Shown: positions 39,505 through 48,319 of the stretch, one piece after another
Position numbering within the stretch: position 1 is the first letter of the stretch
How the letters are laid out: each line of letters starts with the position of its first letter
Virus record (IMG/VR): IMGVR_UViG_3300032265_002598
Location: 96,001 to 160,000 of that record
Length of the DNA stretch: 64,000 nt
Source: a virus
Lineage: Duplodnaviria; Caudoviricetes
Reading direction: 5' to 3' (one strand)
The notes under the pieces: model-generated
Databases searched by the model: none
What the model was told of the DNA's origin: nothing
The model's input: only the letters and a program-made list of their open reading frames with translations
Translations under genes and position numbers: made by a program

Positions 39505-40094
39505 GTGAATATTCCTTTTTCTTTTAAGAAAGCTACTATTAATTCTGACTGTTGGAAAATATTTAATCTATCATTTTGAACAAATGAATCAAACTTCCAC
39601 GGAGAATATTTTTCTGGATCTAGCGCTGTTTCGCTTGGATGATCTGAATGATATGGATTTCTAGTAAGTTTTATTACTAGTCCACCAACAGCTTGAATAG
39701 CTTCCACTTCATTGGGAAATCTGCAATCAGCTATAATAGCCAAATCTGGTTTTTCATTCTTTATTCTGTTAATAGTAGCACTAGTCCATACATCATTTTT
39801 CATTTTACGAAATAAATCAGTACCAACAAATTGCATAACTTCTCTAGCTGTGAGATTTTTACCTTCCCACGAAATATCTGTTTCTGTATTCTTATCCGTA
39901 TCTTCTCCGTAACATTGCTGATAAGTTAATCCAAGTATATTTATACATATTTCTTGTTTGAGTGGATCAGCAAAATTATATATCTTAACAGAACGATCTT
40001 CTCCTACATTAGCTTTATAATAACCCAAAACAGCTTCTGCACAGGTTGTCTTACCGGATTGTTTTCTACCAGCGAACGCTATAATCTTGGTCAT
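39498..40094 (-). CDS. Deoxynucleoside monophosphate kinase
   Basis: IIAFAGRKQSGKTT, FADPLK, TAREVMQFVGTD, IADCRFPNE, HPSE. Confidence 0.88.
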   Translation of the reverse strand: MTKIIAFAGRKQSGKTTCAEAVLGYYKANVGEDRSVKIYNFADPLKQEICINILGLTYQQCYGEDTDKNTETDISWEGKNLTAREVMQFVGTDLFRKMKNDVWTSATINRIKNEKPDLAIIADCRFPNEVEAIQAVGGLVIKLTRNPYHSDHPSETALDPEKYSPWKFDSFVQNDRLNIFQQSELIVAFLKEKGIFTL

Positions 40095-41242
40095 ACAATG
40101 CTTTCTAAGAATGGTTTAATTTCTGTTTCTATTTCTGATTTAGTCATTTCGCCGATATCTGATTTTGAAATTTGTGGAATAAATATTCTATATGTATTTT
40201 TACATTTTTCTTTAATCTGTTCAGCAGCTTTTCTGCCAGCATCATCATTATCTGTTAATATAACAATAGTCATAGCTCCAGAAGAATCAAGCATAATTTT
40301 TTGCCTATCACTCAGAGAAGAACCAAATATAGCTACACTATTATGTATTCCACTTTCTTCTAATCTCCATACATTTCCTGGGCTTTCAACTATTATAGCT
40401 ATTGTACTTTTAATAATATGTTCTTTTGCAAACCAGAAATTATATAGACAGTTTTGACTTTTAAAGTTTACGCTATGTTTCCACTTGGAAGATAACCATT
40501 TCTTTTCATCAGATGGACAGGCCTCTTTTGAATCATGATATGATGAACATTTAGGGCATTTTTCAGATATACTCCTACCGGAACATCCTATCATATGGGT
40601 ATAGTCATTATTATAGATTGGAACAACAACCCTATTAGACATCTCTTTATTTGGCTTATTACAAAATCCAATATCATATTTATTAAGTATCTCTAATGAG
40701 TATCCTCTACTTAAATAATACTCAGCTGGCATTATCAAAGACTTTCTCACTTGTTCTCTTGTAGGAAGTTGTGATACTGGAGTTTGTGTAGCTGTAGCAT
40801 TACCAATATAGTTAATAGTACTAGTAAATAATTTTTTATCTTTATCTGAACCAGATATCTTGATATTCTTTAAGTCTTTCTTAATGAACTTGAGAGCAAA
40901 GTCTAAAGCATCATTAAAAGAACAGGCCTTATCTCCATCTTTTTCCCAGCCATGCTTTTGATGAGATAATACCCCTCTGATAAAACCTATTACTGATGCT
41001 TTAAATACTTTATCACATCCATGTGTTCTACACTTCCAATTACCTCGATATCGATCTCCTTCTGGATATAGATTGATAGCTGAGATGTTGTCTCCACCGT
41101 GGATAGGACAAGCCATTGAAATCATCTTATTATTTGATCTATACTCAATATTAAAAAAGTCTAGTAAGGTATCAATATTATCACATACCTCATCACAAAC
41201 TATTTTAAGCTTGTGTTGATCATTCAAATGGGATTTCTTCAT
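40091..41242 (-). CDS. dnaG: DNA primase (DnaG type)
   Basis: Zn-binding CPIH...C..HGC, RVVVPI, TOPRIM VESPGNV...DNDDAG. The likely start is ATG 41242. Confidence 0.88.
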   Translation of the reverse strand: MKKSHLNDQHKLKIVCDEVCDNIDTLLDFFNIEYRSNNKMISMACPIHGGDNISAINLYPEGDRYRGNWKCRTHGCDKVFKASVIGFIRGVLSHQKHGWEKDGDKACSFNDALDFALKFIKKDLKNIKISGSDKDKKLFTSTINYIGNATATQTPVSQLPTREQVRKSLIMPAEYYLSRGYSLEILNKYDIGFCNKPNKEMSNRVVVPIYNNDYTHMIGCSGRSISEKCPKCSSYHDSKEACPSDEKKWLSSKWKHSVNFKSQNCLYNFWFAKEHIIKSTIAIIVESPGNVWRLEESGIHNSVAIFGSSLSDRQKIMLDSSGAMTIVILTDNDDAGRKAAEQIKEKCKNTYRIFIPQISKSDIGEMTKSEIETEIKPFLESIV

Positions 41243-42674
41243 TATTTTGTTCTTCAACAACAAATCCATCAGATGCGCCGCCTTTATTATTAATGACTTC
41301 TAATCTTGTTCTGCCTTCAGTAATCTTTGCACACCAACCCTTCATATGGCAGTTGATGTAATCATTATCGTCTAGTCCACCTCCATGTCTGCTAATTAAA
41401 GGAACTAGTTTACGATTGCCATTATCTGGACCATCTTCAGCAATCTCTTCAGGAGTTTTTCTCTTAAAAATACTAAAGTTACTACACAACCAAATGATTC
41501 TATCTGAACCACTTGCTGTATCTGTGCTTTCCTTTGTAATACCATCTCTATTTAATTGGATAAATGCAACAATAGGAACCTTATATCTAACAGCAAAGTT
41601 ATGCAGAGAGGTCATCATAAAACCAAGAACCTGATATTCTTTTAGGTCTTGGCTCATACCAGCACTATCCATTAGTTTTAAATAGTCATAGAAAATGACA
41701 CAATCTTTTGCTGTGCCATCATCATTAAGACCAACTTCTTTTAAAACCCAACGTCTCATAATAGCTAGCTGATCTTCAAATGGTTTACCAGCAATACTTT
41801 TATGAAAGAATGGTGTTTTCTTAATTTCTTCTACTGCTTGTAGTAATTTAGTTTTCTTATCTGGTGATTCTGCAAACTTACCAGTTTCAATTGCATTGAT
41901 CTCAATTTCGGTCATCATTGCTAAGATTCTGTTAATATGATCTTCTTTATTCATTTCCGTATCCATATTCAATACGGGAACCCCCAGCTTGGCTACATTA
42001 CGACCAATATTATCTGATAGTAGAGTTTTACCAGTCTTAGGACGAGCAGCTATAACATTAACCGTGCCTTTTCTTAAACCACCACCAATGGCTTGATCAT
42101 ATGCTGGAAAACCAGTAGGAATACCAATCTGATCAGTTTTGTTCTCTTCAAGATTACGAATATAGGCATCTAGATCTTTACCAATAGTGACAGGATTATT
42201 ATCGCTATCATTTAGTAAAGAAGTAAAATTGAATATCGTTTCTTCTGCAATACCAAGAATAGAACCAATAGGCTCTGTACCATTAACGTCTAGAATTTTT
42301 TCTTGAGCTAATTCAAGTTGTTTTCGTAAAAGTCTAGCAATCTCTAGCTTGCGAATCTTAGCAGCAAATTTACGAACATTATCTAAAGCTACTGGAAAAT
42401 CAATGATAGCTCTAAGATGTTGAACCTCTTCCTTTTTGCTTAAGATATGTCCATAACCCAATTCTTCTGCTACTGAAAAAATAGTAGCCACATCGATATT
42501 GGGCTTTTGTTCTCTTTCACAAACAGTTTTAAGACATTTGTAAATGATAGAATTACTATCAATAGTAAATGATGTATCCTGAATAATATCAGCAATATCT
42601 AAATAAGCATCTTCGCCATAATTACATATTCCAGATAAAACAGCACGTTCTGCTGCAACGTCACAGAGTATCAT
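41220..42674 (-). CDS. dnaB: Replicative DNA helicase (DnaB)
   Basis: AAERAVLSG, IAARPKTGKT, DTEM, FYDYLKLM, QLNR, ASGSDRI. Confidence 0.93.
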   Translation of the reverse strand: MILCDVAAERAVLSGICNYGEDAYLDIADIIQDTSFTIDSNSIIYKCLKTVCEREQKPNIDVATIFSVAEELGYGHILSKKEEVQHLRAIIDFPVALDNVRKFAAKIRKLEIARLLRKQLELAQEKILDVNGTEPIGSILGIAEETIFNFTSLLNDSDNNPVTIGKDLDAYIRNLEENKTDQIGIPTGFPAYDQAIGGGLRKGTVNVIAARPKTGKTLLSDNIGRNVAKLGVPVLNMDTEMNKEDHINRILAMMTEIEINAIETGKFAESPDKKTKLLQAVEEIKKTPFFHKSIAGKPFEDQLAIMRRWVLKEVGLNDDGTAKDCVIFYDYLKLMDSAGMSQDLKEYQVLGFMMTSLHNFAVRYKVPIVAFIQLNRDGITKESTDTASGSDRIIWLCSNFSIFKRKTPEEIAEDGPDNGNRKLVPLISRHGGGLDDNDYINCHMKGWCAKITEGRTRLEVINNKGGASDGFVVEEQNNEEIPFE

Positions 42675-42675
42675 A

Positions 42676-43068
42676 TTAGCCTGCTGCTCCGGAACATTTG
42701 TTACACTTATATCTGTCTATTGAGTCTGTAATTAGCACTGGATTAACAGTCTCTTTCTTTCCACAAACTCTACAAATAGCAGTGACCAAATTGAATGGTC
42801 TAGCTCTTGGTACTGGAGGCTGAACTATTAATTTCTTATCTATTTCAATGTCTTCCATATGCATTCTTTTTTCCATCATAGCATCAAACTTATTATTTGA
42901 AGACTTTGATGTTGAAGGTTTGCTCTTGTTATTGGTACGAGGAGCTTTTTTCTTAGTCTTCAAGTCATTCTGCTCTGATGAAGCATTGTCCTGCTTTGGC
43001 AGCATAGACTGAAGCATTAAAATCATCTGCTGTATTTGCTGAGGATCTAAGTTCATATTATTGTCCAT
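42676..43068 (-). CDS. Hypothetical protein with C-terminal zinc ribbon
   Basis: CRVC and CNKC pairs. Confidence 0.6.
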   Translation of the reverse strand: MDNNMNLDPQQIQQMILMLQSMLPKQDNASSEQNDLKTKKKAPRTNNKSKPSTSKSSNNKFDAMMEKRMHMEDIEIDKKLIVQPPVPRARPFNLVTAICRVCGKKETVNPVLITDSIDRYKCNKCSGAAG

Positions 43069-43552
43069 GTTTAGTCACTTTCATTCTTTGAATAGCAATT
43101 AAAATATCTGATAAGTTCTTAATAGAGTTAGCTATATATGATAAACGATCAGTTCTTTGTTTAGCATAAATCTTAATTTTATTTAAGGATTGAGCTTTAT
43201 CATTATGTTTAATTGCCTGATTAGATTTTTCAACGTATCCATAACCTTTATAATTATTGATATCATCTGCTATTACTATCTTAGTAGTATCTTCTGCCCA
43301 ATTATATCTAGCTATTTCTCTATTAATAGTTCGTTGAACATGAAAAGAGAACTGTGCTAATCTATAAGATATCTGACCACAATCTTCTGGAGTTAACTTT
43401 TCTAATTCATCTCTATTCATAGATAGATAGCTATTTAGTTCTGCTTCTGGCAAACCTCCAGCAGAATATCTAGGAAGACCTAGATTATTTTCATATTCAT
43501 CTAGAAGATTATCCCAATCTTGTAATTCTTCTTTAGCAGTTTTATTGCTCAT
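43058..43552 (-). CDS. Helical protein, possibly UvsY-like recombination mediator
   Basis: All-helical coiled-coil pattern, located near recA. The assignment is by context only. Confidence 0.35.
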   Translation of the reverse strand: MSNKTAKEELQDWDNLLDEYENNLGLPRYSAGGLPEAELNSYLSMNRDELEKLTPEDCGQISYRLAQFSFHVQRTINREIARYNWAEDTTKIVIADDINNYKGYGYVEKSNQAIKHNDKAQSLNKIKIYAKQRTDRLSYIANSIKNLSDILIAIQRMKVTKHGQ

Positions 43553-43952
43553 TTTTAATCCTATTAGACCAAAGTTCTACATCTTCATGAAATGGCAACT
43601 CAATATAAGTTATACCATTTATATCACACCATTCCTGTTTTTCCTGATCTCTCTTCTTGTGTTTAACAAATCCTAGCAAAGTGTTATGATAGAATGGCAC
43701 AAATTTATAATGTTGCTCTCCATGCACCTCTATTGTTTTCTTTAGTAGAGGGATATAAAAATCTAAGTATAAAGTTTCTGATCTTCTTAGAGGAATTGCC
43801 ACTTCTTCCAGAATTTGCATCGTGGGGAAGCATTTATGTAGTAAGTCCCTAGCAACCAAGTGCAAGGACGATTTGTTTTTAGCTTTCCCATGCGCAATGC
43901 CTCCAATAAGTTGCCAATTGCACATGTTACCATCAAGATCTTTTACTTGCAT
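43542..43952 (-). CDS. DUF559/Vsr-like PD-(D/E)xK endonuclease
   Basis: LYLDFYIP..KTIEVHGEQHY...KQEWC. Confidence 0.7.
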   Translation of the reverse strand: MQVKDLDGNMCNWQLIGGIAHGKAKNKSSLHLVARDLLHKCFPTMQILEEVAIPLRRSETLYLDFYIPLLKKTIEVHGEQHYKFVPFYHNTLLGFVKHKKRDQEKQEWCDINGITYIELPFHEDVELWSNRIKNEQ

Positions 43953-44968
43953 TTAATGCCCATTGTTTCCTTGACTTGTGCTAGTAAACTATCGTAGACA
44001 GCAGGATTATCTACTATATACTGTCTTAGTTTTTCTGTTCCTTGAAATTTAGGCTTGTCTGTAACTGATGTTAGAGTATACCAAGCGCCACCCTTTTGTA
44101 TAATACCAATATCAACTGCAAGCATGAGCAATTCCATTTGCTTATCTATGCCCTGACCATATCGAATATAGCTAGTAATAGTTCCGCCGGGAGCGCCTAA
44201 TGCAGAGCACATTACTTGCCATTGAATTTCTTGACCAATTTGTTGACCATCTTCTGCTGATCCAATTTTCCAAGCGGTGTGGAACTTAGCTCTTAGTTTA
44301 ATATCTGTTTGATAAGCAATAGCCTGACCACTCTTTTCTTTCCATTCAACATGACCAGTACCTGGATTACCCATTAAGTGAGTAATACCAATAACAATAT
44401 TTCTATTCACAGGAATAACATTCGCCACCTTCCTGCAAAACTTAGCCAATAGTTTAGCCCCATCCGCTCTTTGCATTTTGTTCATATCGCTAGTGATTTC
44501 TGTTTCAGTACATAGTGCAGAGTAGGAGTCTATGATAAGAACACATCCAGGAATTTCATTAATAATTCTCTCTCCAATCTGGAGATATTCTTCTGCGTGT
44601 AAAATCTTACCTTGCTGAGAACCTATAATATGAAATCTATCTAGATCTAATCCTGGAATTCCTTCTAGATCCCTTTTCTTTAATCGACCTTCAATGTTAA
44701 GGTAGTACACTTCTCTACCCTCTTTGAATCCCTGATAAGCATATTCGGGTCTTTGTGCTGTGGCAGCAAAGTCTAAAGAGGTCGTGGTCTTTCCACATTT
44801 CGGTTGTCCGGTTAAAATCATAAAACTTCCTTCTGGGACACCACCATTTAAAATAATGTCCAGAGAAGGGCTCACAGGAATTGTAATGAGTTTTTTGTCA
44901 ACAACAGCACTTGCTGTGAGCATGATTTCATTACCGAAATTTTTAATTACGTCTTCTTTGAGACTCAT
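43943..44968 (-). CDS. recA: RecA/UvsX-like recombinase
   Basis: SLDIILNGGVPEG, GQPKCGKTT Walker A, IIDSYSAL, SGQAIAYQTDIKL, KGGAWY. Confidence 0.9.
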   Translation of the reverse strand: MSLKEDVIKNFGNEIMLTASAVVDKKLITIPVSPSLDIILNGGVPEGSFMILTGQPKCGKTTTSLDFAATAQRPEYAYQGFKEGREVYYLNIEGRLKKRDLEGIPGLDLDRFHIIGSQQGKILHAEEYLQIGERIINEIPGCVLIIDSYSALCTETEITSDMNKMQRADGAKLLAKFCRKVANVIPVNRNIVIGITHLMGNPGTGHVEWKEKSGQAIAYQTDIKLRAKFHTAWKIGSAEDGQQIGQEIQWQVMCSALGAPGGTITSYIRYGQGIDKQMELLMLAVDIGIIQKGGAWYTLTSVTDKPKFQGTEKLRQYIVDNPAVYDSLLAQVKETMGIKCK

Positions 44969-45384
44969 TGATCTAAATCCTTAAGTTTGGAAATAATATT
45001 TTTAGAAACTGGTGATTTTATACCAAAAGTGATATTATCTTTTCTTTCAATAGTTAAACTAAGAGTTGTGTTTTCTTGTTTAATATTAATTTCTTGTTGT
45101 TCTATAATAGCAGGAAGATGGGGTGCTCGCAAAGAATAGATTTTCTTGCCTTGATCAGTATTGAGAGCCCTTATGATTGCTTTAGCTGAATATGTCTTAA
45201 GTAATTTATGAGCAGAACCTATTTGATTTCTAAAAAAAGTTGCCCACTTATTATGTACCCAGAAACGATAATGTAAATCTAGTTTGTCTTTTTGGGCTTT
45301 TCGTTCACAGATAATCTCTGTAATAAACTGAGCCTGGGACACTTCTTTCCCATTTGAGTACTTAGATATGTATTTGTCGCACAT
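44965..45384 (-). CDS. Hypothetical protein
   Basis: 139-aa ORF overlapping both neighbours. Confidence 0.6.
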   Translation of the reverse strand: MCDKYISKYSNGKEVSQAQFITEIICERKAQKDKLDLHYRFWVHNKWATFFRNQIGSAHKLLKTYSAKAIIRALNTDQGKKIYSLRAPHLPAIIEQQEINIKQENTTLSLTIERKDNITFGIKSPVSKNIISKLKDLDQ

Positions 45385-45800
45385 TACTTTTTAAACTGGT
45401 TTAATTCTTGACAAACACTTTCCAAGGAATTATGAAACTTTTCAAAAAACTTATCCATATGTATTTTCCAATCGTCTTTAGATTTGACTGGAACATGATA
45501 ATATTTTTCTACGATCTCTTTAATTTCACCAAGATATCCCTTATCGTCTATCTCAGATACTTCTGCTTTGATAAAAAATGTAATCTCATGAGGAGCTGTT
45601 GTTACATGCTTAGGATGTATAACATCAGGATGCTTTTCTGAGAAGTCCGGAACTATATTAGGATTATTTGTATCAATATCTGCAAAACGATTATCTTTAA
45701 TTTCTTCGATAGCAGCATTGAGCTTATTTTCTATTTTAGACAGAAGCTGTTTTTCTTCTTCTGTCAATTGTTCGTATACGTTTGCAAATGATTCTATCAT
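45384..45800 (-). CDS. Hypothetical protein
   Basis: 138-aa ORF in the - strand run. Confidence 0.55.
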   Translation of the reverse strand: MIESFANVYEQLTEEEKQLLSKIENKLNAAIEEIKDNRFADIDTNNPNIVPDFSEKHPDVIHPKHVTTAPHEITFFIKAEVSEIDDKGYLGEIKEIVEKYYHVPVKSKDDWKIHMDKFFEKFHNSLESVCQELNQFKK

Positions 45801-45805
45801 ATAAT

Positions 45806-46147
45806 TTAATTATTAAAGGGTCTAAAAATACCTTTTTGATTTTTACGAACTTCTGGAGTGTTGGCTTTTTTCAAATCATCATTCATAGAAGAAGCTTCTT
45901 TGGTCATGATTGATACTTTACGAGTTTTACCGGCACTCTCATTAATCATCAAATTCTTAGATGGAGACTTGCCCATAGGAGAAGAAACAGTTTTTATTGA
46001 GGCTTGAGGAGTGGTAGATGGATTATCTACTACATTCTTAACCTGATTATCAGTAAGAGATAATTCATTAGCAATCCTAGGTAAATCCCATCCTTGACTA
46101 TTTAGCCATAGAGCAGCATATTTTTGAACCTTATTAATTCTAGCCAT
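45806..46147 (-). CDS. Helix-turn-helix protein
   Basis: QGWDLPRIANELSLTDNQVKNVV fits an HTH pattern. Confidence 0.55.
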   Translation of the reverse strand: MARINKVQKYAALWLNSQGWDLPRIANELSLTDNQVKNVVDNPSTTPQASIKTVSSPMGKSPSKNLMINESAGKTRKVSIMTKEASSMNDDLKKANTPEVRKNQKGIFRPFNN

Positions 46148-46548
46148 TATTCTTTCTCTCTTTCAGCATTGTTAAGCCATGCGATATTTTTGGTTTTTAA
46201 AAATTTGACATACCAATTAAACACTTTTTGATTTACTTCAGCAAACTTATTATTTGATCTACAAACTCTATTTAAAAAAGTATTATTAACTTCTTGACCT
46301 AAAATAGATACTGGATTATATAGTTTACCATTATTGCTTAGTCTAATGGTATATTTTGTTGTTCCATTTTTTCTTTTTGTTCTTTTAGCAAAGACCGAAT
46401 CTGTTTCAACTTTTGTTCTTGGAAAATCTTCTGTATCCAAAAAATCTTCCATACCAGATAATGTAAAAAATTCTGCAATAATCTCTTCATCAATATTTTC
46501 TGATGAATATTTGCTCTCAGGATTAAAAATAAAATTATCCATGTTCAT
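46147..46548 (-). CDS. Hypothetical protein
   Basis: 133-aa ORF whose stop overlaps the next start. Confidence 0.55.
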   Translation of the reverse strand: MNMDNFIFNPESKYSSENIDEEIIAEFFTLSGMEDFLDTEDFPRTKVETDSVFAKRTKRKNGTTKYTIRLSNNGKLYNPVSILGQEVNNTFLNRVCRSNNKFAEVNQKVFNWYVKFLKTKNIAWLNNAEREKE

Positions 46549-46555
46549 AATCTCT

Positions 46556-46906
46556 CTATGAGGTCCATTTAGTTTTAATTTTAGGTTTCTGTATTCTAGA
46601 CATACCCTTTGGTAATTCTTTCTGGGATGGTTCTTCTTTATAATCGTTATGTTTTTGTTCTAAACTTATTTTATGGTCTTGACTAAGCCTATCTCTATTA
46701 CGATTAGCTAAATCACCAAGTGTCTTAAGTTCGCTATCTGATTTTTTGATGGAAGTATTAAGTGTCTTGATATCTTCGGTATACAATCTATGTGTTTTTT
46801 TGCTTTTACAATACTCGCATTTTGGTTGAGCAATATAATCCTTGATAGAAAATACTAATTCAAATTTAGTATCACACTTTTCACAACAATATGTATAGCA
46901 TGGCAT
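46556..46906 (-). CDS. FmdB-family zinc-ribbon regulator-like protein
   Basis: MPCYTYCCEKCDTKFE...CEYC matches MPxYxYxCxxCxxxFE. The start is at 46906 (TAATG overlap). Confidence 0.8.
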   Translation of the reverse strand: MPCYTYCCEKCDTKFELVFSIKDYIAQPKCEYCKSKKTHRLYTEDIKTLNTSIKKSDSELKTLGDLANRNRDRLSQDHKISLEQKHNDYKEEPSQKELPKGMSRIQKPKIKTKWTS

Positions 46907-47487
46907 TATAAATAAGACTCTGGAAGGTAAATCGTCCATTCCTCTGGGATGTCTGATCTTATCTTAAGGAGAAGTCCTCTTACTGGCAAGTACTTTGCAC
47001 TTTTATTTGGTACTACTGGAAGATTTCTAAGAGGCATATTAGCCTCTTTTGGTGTTCTATTTCCTTTTTTTCGATTACACTCCACACAAGCTGTAACAAT
47101 ATTTGTCCAACAAGTAGGAGAACCTATATTTTTTTTCCAAACAGATTTGGGAATAACATGATCATATGTTAGTTGATTGATTTCTTTTTCGCAACCACAA
47201 TATTGACAGCTATAATTATCTCTAATAAATAAATTTTTTCTAGAGAAATTAACATTTTGATGATTTAGACGAAAATATTTTGCTGTTTTAACAACTGCTG
47301 GTATGGGTATTTTTTTATTATTAGCCCCACAGATATAATCATCTTTATAAAAATCAATAATTTCTACACCAACATGAGAATTCTCTTCATGTCTAAAAGA
47401 CCACACTAATGCTCTTTTCCAAGAGATAATACCAAGTGGAGTGTAATCAGCATTTAAAATCAAGCATTTACTATTTTGAGGTTTCAT
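46906..47487 (-). CDS. HNH endonuclease
   Basis: CLILNADYTPL, FSRKNLFIRDNYSCQYCG, TYDHVIPKS, NIVTACVECNRKKG. Confidence 0.9.
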   Translation of the reverse strand: MKPQNSKCLILNADYTPLGIISWKRALVWSFRHEENSHVGVEIIDFYKDDYICGANNKKIPIPAVVKTAKYFRLNHQNVNFSRKNLFIRDNYSCQYCGCEKEINQLTYDHVIPKSVWKKNIGSPTCWTNIVTACVECNRKKGNRTPKEANMPLRNLPVVPNKSAKYLPVRGLLLKIRSDIPEEWTIYLPESYL

Positions 47488-48199
47488 CTTTTTCGTAGTT
47501 GTCTAGTCGTCCGATAATTTTTCCTATAATTGGATTTCTAACAATATCTGATGCTTCTAATCTAGCTACAGCAATACCTTCAATATCTGATAAAGCATGA
47601 GTCATGGACCAAAATCCACCCTGCATATGTCTATGCAAATCTGATTGACTAACATCTCCAGTTAATACCATCTTGCTGTTAGTACCAATTCTTGTTAATA
47701 ACATCTTTAGTTGATCATACGAAGCATTCTGACACTCATCTGCTACAATAAAAGCATTATGAAAATTACGACCTCTCATCAATCCAAGGGGTACGATCTC
47801 TATTTTATTATTAGTTTTGAGACTAGCATATTTGGCACTAGGTATGAAGTGATTTACTTCATCTAATAATGGTAATAAATAAGGATGCAATTTTTCTTCT
47901 GCTGTTCCAGGCAAATATCCAATTTTTTCTCCTGATTCAACCACTGGTCTAGTAATGATAATTTTTTTTACTTTTTCGTCCAGTAAATATTCTAAAGCCA
48001 TACCAATAGCAATATGGGTTTTACCACTACCAGCAACACCTTGGCAGAATGTAATGACGTTTTCTGCTATATCTCTGATGTATTGTTTTTGATTTTCAGA
48101 TCTGGGTTTTAGCCTATTTCGGTAAATTTCTGGGATGGGAAGTTCTTTAGTAGCATCTATGACCTTGGACCTTTTCTTGGTGGTTTTATTTTTTCTCAA
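47471..48199 (-). CDS. phoH: PhoH-like ATPase
   Basis: GVAGSGKT, RPVVESGEKIGYLPG, MRGRNF, DECQN, GDVSQSD. TTG start. Confidence 0.93.
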   Translation of the reverse strand: MRKNKTTKKRSKVIDATKELPIPEIYRNRLKPRSENQKQYIRDIAENVITFCQGVAGSGKTHIAIGMALEYLLDEKVKKIIITRPVVESGEKIGYLPGTAEEKLHPYLLPLLDEVNHFIPSAKYASLKTNNKIEIVPLGLMRGRNFHNAFIVADECQNASYDQLKMLLTRIGTNSKMVLTGDVSQSDLHRHMQGGFWSMTHALSDIEGIAVARLEASDIVRNPIIGKIIGRLDNYEKDETSK

Positions 48200-48250
48200 G
48201 GCTTACCCTTTAGCTAATATATGGAATAGAGATCCCAAGTTATTCTTATA

Positions 48251-48257
48251 ATACACC
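48251..48257 (-). promoter_or_regulatory. Intergenic RGTGTAT motif (copy upstream of phoH)
   Basis: GGTGTAT(TATAAGAA). Related copies at 50567-50573 and 62277-62283. Confidence 0.4.
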
Positions 48258-48319
48258 ATATAAGAAGTATTATTATAGTAAACAATTAGTGCTTGCTAAT
48301 TAATTGACCGTTAACTCTA

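Noticed and set aside
48281-48305. AATTAG...CTAATT inverted repeat after nrdJ as a terminator
   Set aside because: AT-only weak stem without a clear U-tract. Similar weak hairpins near 50575-50595 and 50630-50660 were also not called.
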